From Oculina patagonica (taxonomy: Eukaryota), in contig NC_135761.1 in assembly GCF_052425735.1 (NCBI RefSeq), positions 54,932,001 to 54,996,000 on the forward strand: 64,000 nucleotides of DNA. Reading direction: 5' to 3'. Positions 50,713 to 62,648 of the stretch are shown piece by piece. The position numbers and the translations under genes were made by a program. Under the pieces are notes generated by a model, which did not search any database, was not told where the DNA came from, and saw nothing but the letters and a program-made list of their open reading frames with translations. The number at the start of each line of letters is the position of its first letter. Position 1 is the first letter of the stretch.

Positions 50713-52678
50713 ATAGCGCGCGTTTCTGTACACGTTTTATATCGTCGCTTAGGTAAGTGGGAAGGCTATGGTGAAAAGCCGGCGCGCAATACTCTAGAAC
50801 TGGTCTTATGCATGTACAATAGACGTCAAGAATGACCTTTTTTGAGACACCAGCTCTTTTCAGTAATTTGAGATGACATTCTATTTTCCTATATATATCG
50901 TTTTTATTTTATTTTTTGTTTTTTTGGTTGCAGTAAAAATCCTTGGTGAAACATTTTAATCCAATCAATAAACAGTAATTATTTGATAAGTACTGTATTG
51001 ACGTTTGCCTCAAATATATACATTTTGGTTGTTTACATTAGTACATCTGGCCCATTATAATCCTCCCTCGGGGTAAAGGCACTAAGACAAGACATAAGTG
51101 GGTCATTAGACTGTTCCAGGCTCATTAGTACATTCGTTAAGTACATTCGTCAAGTGTTTTCACCAGCTGAGGGGCAAACTAGAAAATGACAATAAGTGAA
51201 AATGCTAAATTAAAATAACGAGTCAATCACAAAAAACAATAAGTTGATGATTCAGCTCGGCAGTTGATCGACCAAGATGATAAGTTTCTTTATTGCGCGT
51301 TCTTTTTATAAACACGCTATCGCTATATTTATGCCCACAACGATTACGGCTGCTAATGTGGATAAACAGTCGGCTTTTCCTTTGTATTTTGGTGACAGCA
51401 GTAAAACCTTTTTTTGTGAACTTGTTTAATCAAGTTAAGTAACAGTAATTTGAATATACAATATCAAAAATTGTCTGAGATGAAGTTAGGTTGTTTATAA
51501 TAATGCATTGCCAGCAATTTAGAACATTTCAACGAGTCATAAGGCTTGACCAATTACTCAACTGTCCATCAGTTTTGAACCTATTTTCTTGCTCTTCTTT
51601 CTAAATATTTAGCAAATTTTGAAATGTTGCGCTGTCTTGGATGAACTGAAAATGTTTCGACTTCGAATTTATTAAAACCTGAGTCGCTATTTAGTCTTGC
51701 CATAGTACGCATGCTTCGAGATGTAAGCTAGCCACTTCCAATCGACTCTTACGCTGTCTTGTTATTTCCTTTCATTGGCCTTTGAAAATGAAATATTTAG
51801 TAAAAGGTTGCTGAAAGATTAAGTCTGGGAAACGATCTGTCGAGAAATACATGGAACATGCTTCACTGAAATATTGTAAACTAATGGGTCAAGAAAATAT
51901 TTCTGATGGTTATCAGAGAATTGCATTGTTGTGAATTCCTTCTTGTGACGGTATGTGCCTTATGAAAAATACTGTGGTTGCTGTAGTCTTGGCAACAGTC
52001 GGTGCTATTAACGATAGTGTCTTCCAACTTGAAGCGAGTAAAGGCCGGTTTCCAGTCTCTACGCTGTATAATACTAATCATATTGTTAGTAAGATACGGA
52101 AGACCCGTACTGAAGAGTACTGAAGAGCGAGCACAAATGCAATTCTCTTTGCCAGCTGTCAGATGACGTCAAAGTGGTTTCCAATTCGTTGAACAAATTC
52201 TTACAATTCTGGAGCACTTGACGCAATGAAATCAAGAACTTATCATGAAAACAACACTGATTTGTAATGCTTTACTTAAACAACATATTCAACGAATTAA
52301 GAGTTGATATGGTGACTTATTAGACCGCCATGGGAATGTTTCTTCTGCTTTTAGATCAATCATACTCAGCCAATACGGAAAATAGAGGGTTCAAATTGTT
52401 TTTGCACAAATAGATATAACACGACCAAGTCTATCAAAATGACTGCTTACGTTCATATATCTGCTGTTATTTCATAACATAACAATTAAGAAATCAAACA
52501 CTGAGGTCATTATTGTTGAACAAACGCGAGATATCTACTGCATTTCTTATTTTTGTTTCAATGTCACGAGTTGTTGTAACAATGTGATGCGAGCTTTCTC
52601 TTGCGTGAAAAATGCTGTGACGCAGTGCTTTATCAGTATGGGTGCACAAAGTGCTAACGGAAAGCAAATAACACTTAC

Positions 52679-52742
52679 CTTGGAAGAAACCAGCGAGTAA
52701 AAGCACAAACCAAGCTGTGCGCATATTGGTGTGAAGGGACAT
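52679..52742 (-). CDS. Signal-peptide first exon, copy 9 (MSLHTNMRTAWFVLLLAGFFQ)
   Basis: ATG...CAA G|GTAAG, 64 nt; matches the start of ORF 52494..52742. Confidence 0.75.
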
Positions 52743-54677
52743 TACTGCATGATGTGTTCTGAAATTAGCTTTCCGATTTGCATTTATCAGCAGTGTTGCA
52801 TGAAAAACATATATCCCGGTGTTTGCATTGGCTACCTCGTTTACTCTAAGTGACAGTTAAGAATAACGGTAGCCTCAAATAAAGCCGATTTGTGGAGTTT
52901 GCCAACTTAAGCCAGTATCCCTTTTCAATCAATACCACAAACTCAGAAAGTTCTTTCTTTAGTTTATTTGTCTTTCAGTAAAAGTTTTTACTTTGAATGT
53001 CAAATAGTTATGAGTCCATTGTTTGCGAACGGATGACGCACTTTCGCTTTCCAAGAAAATAACCTTTGCCCTCATCTATTAAACTTAGTGATGGCAAATT
53101 GATTTATACGGCAACTAATTTATTTTAGTTCATTACGCGAATGCAAAACCTTGAATTGAGCATAACTGAACACTCGAATAGCTGCCTTAATATGAAGACT
53201 ACCCGAATGCAATGTTTCCTATGAATGGATTCTAGCCTTGTATTTGTAACTTTACTTTGAGCACCGTAAAATTCCGATAACAAGAGCTGTCCTTAGATTT
53301 ATTCAAGGGCTTTGGTGGGATCATTTTCCGAAGTGGGCGAGGGGATGGGTCGGGGAGAATTGGAAGATGTGGGTCGTGGGGTCGGTAGGTTTTTATCGGG
53401 GGTGGAGAAAGTATGTATTTCTTTATGTACTAAATCTGATAAGCGCATGGAGTTCTATTCCTGGGGAGGGGACGCTTAAAGAAAGACGGATTTTAGCTCA
53501 TGAAATTTGGGAGGGGACTATCTTGGGGAGAGTTGATATTATGAGGGACCCATTATCGGAATTTTACGGTAACTTCTTTTGCTTATTTTGTCGGTAACTT
53601 AAACCCTTTCATGTCAGCTTGGCGTCTCGATCTTTTTGTTGTGGATCGTGCTGCGCCGAGTTACCCACATTTCGCTGAGGCAGAAGCCCATAACCATGGG
53701 CTCCTGGCTGAAGTAAAGTAATATTTCAAAGTTCCCGGTATATCGCTATCTACCAATGTATCGAACCTTCCGTAATTTAAAACATTTCCAGTTTTGGTAT
53801 TTCTAATTGAAGTTTGTCTTGGCATAGAAAATAAAGAAAAAATTATAATAGAAAACGTTATCAAGTCAAGCGCTTAAAAATTGGAGGTTTTGAGTAGCAA
53901 CGCGAAAATAAATCACGTTACTTTTTAGAAGAATTGAATATATAACTGTTCCGCCAACGAGCGTTTTGCAATCGGCAGTTCTCTTAAAGCAGTGCGCCAT
54001 GTTTCCAAGGACTTACAGGCATAATTATTTTTTCTGTGCGTCAGATACCATGTCTGTGAGAGAGGAAAATTAGGAAGGCAGCCGGGATAAAGTAGGCGTC
54101 CTCCTGGAGCTGTGTGCACGTCAGGAAGCCGCGACGCCACAACGGCTTATTGCCAGCAGATCCTGGGGATTGGAGGGGGGGTTGTTTCCTCCTTCGTCGT
54201 CTCCCCGTCGTCCTCATCCCCAGTCTCCTCTCCGTCACTAGATGCAGTACCAGTATCTTCCTGTGTGTTCTGTGAAGCTCGCCGTGACTCCTCAGCAGCA
54301 CGCATACGTCGGAATCCTAGCTCGCGAGTTCGTGCTGTTCTGTCTAAAGCGCGATCCACATTGGCTAGTAGCTGTTGATTTCCATGTTATTGACCGCCAT
54401 GTCAAGACGTATCTTGAGAAACTCAAGTCTTCATTATGACCGAGCTCCTCGATATCGTCGTCAGATTTGGGTTCCTCAACTACAGATGAAGGCGAGAAGG
54501 ACGCGTTCGATTCGCTACCGGTCATAGGCCTTTTTATGCCTTCTCCGGGAAAACTTTCCTCTGAGGAATTTTCGCTCGGCGTGGATGGCTTCAAAACGAT
54601 AATCCTCGCATTTGACGCTCCGGGCTCAATCCCAGGACTTTCTGGTTTTTCATGAATCGGAAGAGCCCGGCCAATGA

Positions 54678-55637
54678 TAGCCTCCCACGCAGTCGTTCTT
54701 AGGGGCGATCGTGTTTCACTCCTCCCCACGAACGCCTGCTTAACCAAGGCCAACATTCCTTTCCCATTGTTTTACTCACCAGACAACCTACCAATCACCA
54801 TTGATTGTCTGTCGGTTAACAATCAAAATGATCGCGGAGTTGCGGCATGTGGGCTTGAAGTGTTTCACTTTAGTTATGCATTTTACGATGGCTAAAACAC
54901 CGGGAAAAAATTATCGATTGGAATAATTCAAGTGCTTTTTAAGCAACGCTTTGATTAAGTCATCTGCTGGAAGAGTTAGAAGATTTGGGAAAAGTGTAGT
55001 TGATCTTCCTCGCCTACATATACATGTAATCCAATCGACAATCTGTGAGACAGTGTGAGAACATCGACAAACTATCAACACAGCGGATCAGCACTGCTTC
55101 AAAGAAAAGATCTCTAGTATTTCCAAGTCAATAAATCGAAGGGTAAAACAACAATGAACCGGCCAAGTTGACGAACCCGTAGAGCTCAGAAATAGTGATC
55201 ACAATATAATTCACCGCGCGGCCGGTGAATTATTTTTTCCATTCGGTGATACTTGCCCTTGGACGATTCTCAAGGTTGAATGTTGTGTTAAAAGGCTAGC
55301 TTTGTATTTTTCACGCCGATAGTTCGACAGTCCTTCGATTTTAGGGTTGCGAAAAATATTTTTCCTTCGTGGAAACACATTTAAAGTGATAAATGAACCA
55401 CACACAAATATTATTTTCTCGAACGGCAATATCCCAACGGAGCTAACGAATCGGTGAGACTGTCGAACAGCAAAGGACAAGTTTGATATAAAGCAAGCGA
55501 TTAACCGTAGCCAGCAAATTAAGAAATTGCTTTCATCTGAATGAATTTAAGCGAAACATCCTAAACGTCAAAGCACACGGTGCTAACAGCTCTCTCGTTC
55601 CGCGAAGAGCGTCTTGCAGTCAAGGTCAAGGTCAAGG

Positions 55638-55694
<57 letters not shown>

Positions 55695-58018
55695 CCTCTG
55701 GATTTTGGTAGGTAAAATCTGACGGTGTTGGACACGGTTCACGTGACATTTCTCGACCAATCATATGTCATTTTTGGGAGAAGCAATGGCGGACAATTTT
55801 GTCGCGGGATTTGAAGAAGGTCACATCATCTTTGTGCGATTCCGGCGAATCTTTAACGTATTTACGGACTATTTTCTTGGAGCTGGAAGAAAAATACCTA
55901 GGCCAGTTATCTGTCAAGTTTTGAATTAAAGCGATTATGCTCGTAAAACTAGTCGATTGAAATTATGCTGTATCGCTGAAAGGTTTGGTTGGCGCACGCG
56001 TTCGACATGCTTGAACATATGCTCATTCCTTGATAAACAAGGATCAGTACCGTAGATTATTTTTGCATAGAACTCAAGTTCGATAGTTGAACTTTAAGAA
56101 AAGTGCGGTGGGCCCGGGCGGGCCCCGCCGTTTTAACGGTCAAAATTGGACTTGAAGTTGGGGTTTTTCCTTGATATGTCACTTAGTTCTCTTCCACTTC
56201 GCCGCCCTTCGCGGGAGTTGATGGTGTGATTTCTGTCGATGTTTGACAGGAAAAGGGCCCAAATCGGTGCTAGTGTTGGTAAAATTTATATTTTAATGTT
56301 AACTTGCAATTTTTGTTTTTGTAGTGTTTATATCGTCTTTTTGTTTGGCCGATATTCGGCATGTCGGAGCGATTGCCCGGAATTCCAGGCCACAGGCAGT
56401 TGAACTATTGCTCCCGTGTCGACGAATAATTATCCTTCGCGCAACATGCTTTATGAACGAGAAATACACGTGTATTCCCCTTATCCTTCGCGCAACACGC
56501 TTTAAGAACGAGAAATACACATGTATTCCACTTATCCTTCGCGCAACACGCTTTAAGAACGAGAAATATACATGTGTTCAAATAATCCTTTGCGCAACAT
56601 GTTTCACAAATTATGAGAAATGTACATGTATTCCACTTTAATATCCTTCGCGCGACACGCTTTAAGAACGAAAAACATAGAATTATATTCCACTTATCCT
56701 TCGCGCAACACACTCGAATAATGAGAAATGCGCCTGTGTTCCGCTTTTCTATTCGCACAACACGCTTATAAGAAGACAAATATTAAGTGTTGTTAAATAC
56801 CATCCTTCAGTTTGGCCGATATTCGACATTTACCGTACCCAAATTCGCAAGTAGCCAATCAGAAGCGCGATCTACTGTCCTGATATCCTACGATATCAAG
56901 TCACTGACCTGATATGCCACCATATCACGGTCACTTTGAAGTAAAATAGTGTTACCGTATGATCAATTGAAAAGAGGTTTTTTACCAATAAAACAGAACC
57001 TCGTAATTTAAATTTAGCTGGTGTTTACCGGTCGTAAAATGAGAACAACTTTCCCGCCAAAACTAAACTTGAGCGCGCTCGCCAATTGTGCGATGTTTTC
57101 CGACGAGTACTGAAAAATTCAGACTGAAACAATGGAGTCGGAGTTTCCAAATATTTCGCTAAATTTGGATTTTAAAAATTTAGAGAATGAAACTCCAAAC
57201 AAAACAGTAAAAACAGATGGCAGAAGATCAGAGAGGAACTTGATAAAAGAGTTGAAGACCAAAAAACTATCAATACAAGCAGGTCAACACATTTTGCACT
57301 ACGTACCTTGCAAGCATGGCTTCAACAGAGCGATTAATATCACCGGATTTTTGGCTGAATTTGGGTACGGTAAATACCTAATCGTTCCTTTTTGGTACGC
57401 TTCGGCGGCATATCAGGCTCGTTTGGTCTCGCCTTGGATATTTTGGCTCGACTGCGTCTCGCCAAAATACGAACCATGGCTCGACCAAACTCGCCTGATA
57501 TGCCGCCGAAGCGTACCAAAAAGGTGCGATTAGGTATAAAAACAACCCAGCGAAACCCCATCAAAAACCATGATATGGCGAACTTGGTTGGCCAGCAGTA
57601 CATCGACGTACTTCATACATAACTCGACATTTCTTGAGAAGGAAGCGCTAAAGATAAGTTCGATTATAGCCAGTTTACTTCGATCACAAACGTGCCAGAA
57701 TCGAATATAATTTCCAAAAGTCGACGAACCGCAATGTTTCGTCTCCCAGTTTGAGTTGTTCCGCCGTAAAATGGCGTCTTTATGAATCCAGCAATACGTG
57801 ATATGGATTTCCTCTGATATTTCTCTCAGCATAGGAATATCTTCGCAACTCGAGGTTATGTTTACAGATCGACGACCTGACGATAATGAATGGAATTGAA
57901 ACTTTCTTCCGGCATGCTTTGCGAGTCGTGTCCAACACCGCCTGGGCCTCGGTTAAGCAGGCGTTCGTGGGGAGGAGTAAAACATGATCGCCCCTAAGAA
58001 CGACTGCGTGGGAGGCTA
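54678..58018. mobile_element. 3.3-kb DNA transposon with TAG..CTA ends and 9-bp TSD
   Basis: TIRs of about 70 bp beginning TAGCCTCCCACGCAGTCGTTCTTAGGGGCGATC; TSD GGCCAATGA at 54669-54677 and 58019-58027. Confidence 0.9.
56430..56775. repeat. Minisatellite of about 51 bp, 6-7 units
   Basis: TATCCTTCGCGCAACACGCTTTAAGAACGAGAAATACAC.. starting at 56431, 56482, 56533 and onward. Confidence 0.9.
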
Positions 58019-58685
58019 GGCCAATGACTGCTAAATCCTCAATTGATTGACGTCCTTCACTCAGGCACTCGCTCTTTGAACTAACAGTACCGGCTACATT
58101 GGGTGACTCTACTGAAGTAACTGAGAGTTTGTCGTCTTTCGGTGTTGACGATGGAGAGTTTTTTCGAGAATTCTTAGGGTTGTTACTCCTTGTTAGTCTA
58201 AATCTTCGTCTTCCTTTGGCATTCTTCTTTTGTCTTGACGAGGATGCGCTATCGTCACTTTTCGTGCAACCTGAGAAACAGTTTCCCATTTTTGAGCTTT
58301 TTTACAGCTGGCAAAGGCTTTGCAAAGAAATACGATAAATGAGTTTATTACATCATAAATAAAATGCAATTGAAGTTGATATTATTATTGTGAATGCGCG
58401 CTACAAACATGAAGCAAACATCGGTAATGAATTCGAAAAGCTACTTACGTAACTAATTATCACTTACGTAAAAAAGCTAACAAAGAATATCATTTTTCTT
58501 TCAATAACGACTAGGATATGAAAAAGACTCGTACATAATCACAATAATAACTGTTTTTTACGGTCAAACAGACTGGCAACCGCATGTCAAGAAGGACACT
58601 AGCGTGACGCGCGACGTGTGATGCATAACGCGTGATGCACCTAGCGCGGGTGTGTTCAAATAACATGTTTTTGATTGCGCGTTTA

Positions 58686-59777
58686 GGGACTGGTCAATAA
58701 GTACAGGGGGGGGGGGGGGGGGGGGTGGGCCGGAGCAGAAAAGGGGGTGGATCATCAGTTTTTGAGCCCTTGAAAAGGGGTGGGTTATGTAGTTTTGATC
58801 TACACATAGGGGGTGGGTCATCTTATTTATTCACTAACTTTAAACTGTTATAGTTCCAAGAAAAGTTGTATTCATCAGTATATAAAATTGATAAATTTCT
58901 CCATGTAAGCAGTTTTAAATGAATTTCTAGCGATTTCAAAAGGCCCAAATATAAAAATTTTCCGGGGGAGCAAGCCCCCTGACCCCCCTAGATGGCTTGT
59001 AATCATATCATCAGTTTTATCTGACTCTCTTCAAACTGCATAGATTCACGCTGGGCTTTAGGCCTTTTAATACCAGTAAACTCTTTTCTCAAACAATTTG
59101 CAAATATGAATGATGGACAGTGGTTGTATTTTATGTTATTAATTTCCTGTATAAAAATATGAACTCTTCAATAATTGATTATGAATTATTATTGATTATG
59201 AAACCCGTGAAATATTTATTGCACTTTTTGATACTATTAGACACTTATTCCATTGTTTTGTTTTTTTGTTTATTTTTGACTATTACGCACTGACTGGTAG
59301 ACAATGTTTCACGGGTTAAATGAAATCACTCTATCATATACTGATTCAGTTTTTTGCATATGTTTGTGTCTAAATTTCCCCATGGACTTTACACACAAAT
59401 ATGTGGAAAACTTACAAAAGGCTAGTATAAGAAGTGAGAAATTTATCCTTCTTTGGTGTGTCAAGAAATGGAAAAAGACGTACATGGAACTGCAGTGTCC
59501 ATCAGAGAAAATGTCTATGTAGGGAATTTCACTGTTAAAAGCTAAAGTCAAATAAAAAATCTCCAACCCCTAACAGATGATAAAGAAATGATAGGTCCCT
59601 TGATCTTTTTTAAGCAAAGGGGGTGGGTCATGTAATTTTCAACCCCCTGTCAGGGGTGGGTTAGTCAGTTTTGAGCCAGACGGAAGGGGTGGGTCACAAA
59701 TTTTCGAGCCACCACTTTTCCAATTGCTCCGGCCCACCCCCCCCCCCCCCCCCCCCTGATACTTATTGACCAGTCCC
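58686..59777. mobile_element. PIF/Harbinger-like MITE
   Basis: TTA|GGGACTGGTCAATAAGTA + polyG ... polyC + TACTTATTGACCAGTCCC|TTA. Confidence 0.85.
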
Positions 59778-60944
59778 TTATGTTTTGCGTTTGAAGTTGC
59801 CGTCGGTTTTCTCTTAATTTTTGTAAGTTTTCTCGAAGCTTTCTTATCGTCGCTATTTTCTTGACAAGGATTTCTCGTTTTCACCGAGCTTAGTTTTTTT
59901 ACAAAGGCTCGTGCAAAACGGATAGTTGACCAATCAGTGCGCGTGTTATATCATCAAAACTTAAGAGCAAACTATTGCTGGCGTGCACTGTCACGCCATA
60001 AAAAGGTAAATTGGAAACCTTTCAATGAAAGAAGAAAATGAAATGCTATAAACGAAAAACACAGAAAAAGTTCTCAAAATCTCAGGTCTCTGTGGTACGC
60101 CGTTTGTGAGTTGTTTGCCGAAAAGTTTCGCGCAACTTAATAGAGCTTTGTATGGAGACGCCATATTGATGTACAACTTTGGTTCATTAACAGGAGGATG
60201 GCGGCCGCAAATCAGCCAAACTATCTAAAATTCCTTTTTGCGATAAAAGCGCTTTTTCTTCGCCTGTGAGCTAGTATACATGCGCATAAACACATCTTCC
60301 AAGTTTTTAAATGTTTAAAGTGCTGAAAACCATAAAAGAAAACCTTTTTTTACTCAGACAGCTTTTTCGCTGCCACTATCTTCGTGTTACGCAAGGGAAA
60401 TCCAGAAGCTGTAGTTTTCAAAACGAAAGACATTCCAGGACTCATAACTTGAAAAAAGATTTATTTCATCTTCACTCTAGTGTAGAGAAAAATTCAGGAG
60501 ACCTCGCGTTTTTGAATTTGACGTCACATGCAAACCAAGAATTACGAAATCACAACATTTCAAGAAACAAGAAAAATTCGAAAGAGTCTTTTAACAAAGC
60601 AATAAACACAAGTTCACCACACAAGACTACTGCTACACACTACCTACCGTCTGCCAAATTTTAAACTCTCTGATAGAATGCACTTTCTAACGGACATGTG
60701 AAATGTTGCCTCATTTGCAACAACGGCCTGGCACATTTTAACTGATATTTTCCACGTCAAGAATGAGCGTTAAGATCCCAAAATATTTGGCCAAGAACAA
60801 CAACAAAATGGCAAACAAAACATGATACTTGTAGGAAAGCGCGAAATAGCGCGATAGATGGAACTCACCAATTAGCCACAACAATTAAAATCAGAGACCG
60901 TGAAATCAAATAAGGTTCGTGTAAAAATTCGTCTCGCAGATTTT

Positions 60945-61210
60945 GTTTTTCGTTTAAGTTCGTTTTTCCCCGACTAACAGCCCTTGGGACGCCGACAAAG
61001 TTCCATCTTAGATGTCGCAGTTGCCTCGAAGACAGTTAATTGTAATATATGTGCTGCTGTCTTTTACATAAAGTTGAGTTTTTCGTTTAAGTTCGTTTTT
61101 CCCCGACTAACAGCCCTTGGGACGCCGACAAAGTTCCATCTTAGATGTCGCAGTTGCCTCGAAGACAGTTAATTGTAATGTATGTGCTGCTGTCTTTCAC
61201 ATAAAGTTGA
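60945..61210. repeat. Tandem duplication of 133 bp next to an assembly gap
   Basis: Two near-identical units, GTTTTTCGTTTAAGTTCG...ATAAAGTTGA. Confidence 0.85.
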
Positions 61211-61403
61211 TAATCGATCATTCGANNNNNNNNNNNNNNNNNNNNNNNNNNNNNNNNNNNNNNNNNNNNNNNNNNNNNNNNNNNNNNNNNNNNNNNNNNN
61301 NNNNNNNNNNNNNNNNNNNNNNNNNNNNNNNNNNNNNNNNNNNNNNNNNNNNNNNNNNNNNNNNNNNNNNNNNNNNNNNNNNNNNNNNNNNNNNNNNNNN
61401 NNN

Positions 61404-61668
61404 TGGAACGAATTACCTCGGACTCTAACGGATTTTAATTTTAATTCTAATTTTAAGGCTGCCATAAAGAGTCGCGCTTGGAAGAATTCATGGATTCATA
61501 TCCGGAACCCTTTTATACGTAGACCTTTTGTAATAGTTAGGATGATTTGATTTTTTATTTTTTTTATTTATTTTTTAACTGTACATTTTTTTAAAACATT
61601 TTACTGTAATTTGGCACTGAAAAACTATTATTGGTGTGGCAAATAAAATCTTATTCTTATTCTTATTT
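61404..61668 (+). mobile_element. LINE 3' end fragment
   Basis: WNELP..FKAAIK motif, AATAAA, (TCTTAT)n tail. Confidence 0.55.
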
Positions 61669-61841
61669 TAGTACCCGCGTTGGCCTTGCATGTTCCATGT
61701 TGTGGACAAAGCACTCAAAGTTTGGTACTATTTGAAACTCATGTTAGTTTAGCTTAGCTTAGCTTAGCTTAGATTAGATTAGATTAGATTAGATTAGATT
61801 AGATTAGATTAGATTAGATTAGATTAGATTAGATTAGATTA

Positions 61842-62648
61842 GGGCCGAATCGCACTAGCGGACAAATTTTGTAACAAATGGTAGATTTCATCATTAATGA
61901 GTCACTTGTTGCAGAACACAAGTGCGATTACGTTTTTCGAGACCTACAACTTGTCCAACATTTTAGGAAAACAAAGAAGCAGCTGTCTTATGATTGGTCC
62001 GCGTTGCACGCGCGATACATTTTGTCAAACAATTGCAAAAACAAGTGCGTACGACTTGTTGGACAAGGGCAAATTTTGTCAAAACGGACAAATCATCAAA
62101 GGGGCCGAAGTCCTGCCTCGAGGCAGGACATTTCATGACAAGTCGCATTCCCATGCCCTCGTAATGCCAGATAACAATACGTTGTTGATTGGCTATTGTG
62201 TTTGGCCCAAACTGGACCTAATAACAACACGCACACCAAAATGTTTGCGATAGTATGCACCGTGATGTGGCTCTCACTATCATAATTCAGCCGCAAAATC
62301 TTTCCGCGATAGGCAAGGCATGTTTATAAGCGAAGTATTTGCCCAATGTAAGAATGAGAAAAGAAAAAGTTATCTTGAGACGACTCATTATTCCACTGCA
62401 TGAGAACACGCGTGCTCTAAATGCAAATTTTTTTAGAATTTTTTTACCGCGTGGTACTGCATATTAAATGTTTGCCCAAGACGGCCGTGCTGAGAAATGT
62501 ACAGGGATGCCAGAAGCACGTGCAAAGCTATTGTACTAATAATTTCACCTTTTGTTCTCTTCAAGATGTCTCTGACTTGTCGCGACAATTTTGTTTTTGT
62601 CAAAAATGTCATGACATTTAAAACTTGTCCGCTAGTGCGATTCGGCCC
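61842..62648. mobile_element. PIF/Harbinger-like MITE inserted in a (TTAGA/TTAGC)n microsatellite
   Basis: TTA|GGGCCGAATCGCACTAGCGGACAA...TTGTCCGCTAGTGCGATTCGGCCC|TTA. Confidence 0.9.

Larger units (their letters stand above)
47597..50878 (-). mobile_element. 5'-truncated CR1/L2-type LINE interrupted by two DNA transposons
   Basis: Pieces join into LKLLKRAG..YCTCIRPVLEYCAPAFH..KRVQKRAL|FII..LSSLKERR..YNLR..RTNRFKHSFFPSM|ANF*, followed by an (ATT)n tail; flanking ATTCTA duplication. Confidence 0.85.
31780..53570. repeat. Tandem array of diverged 2-3.5 kb units carrying leader copies 5-9
   Basis: Recurring blocks (CAGCTGAGGGGCAA at about 32.27, 37.14, 41.65, 51.16 kb; AAGTGGTTTCCAA; GAAATCAAACATT); 38455-40280 and 43953-45800 are near-identical. 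Confidence 0.9.
54147..58289 (-). pseudogene. MGNC-starting basic/Ser-rich/acidic protein gene interrupted by a 3.3-kb transposon, with probable downstream frameshifts
   Basis: Removing 54678-58018 and one TSD joins ..SIEDLAVIG to RALPIHEKPESP.. in frame; the acidic tail ending PPPIPRICWQ* is in a different frame. Confidence 0.7.

Noticed and set aside
56430-56775. Regularly spaced repeats resembling a CRISPR array
   Set aside because: Whole units are similar with no unique spacers, there are no cas genes, and the context is eukaryotic; it is a minisatellite.
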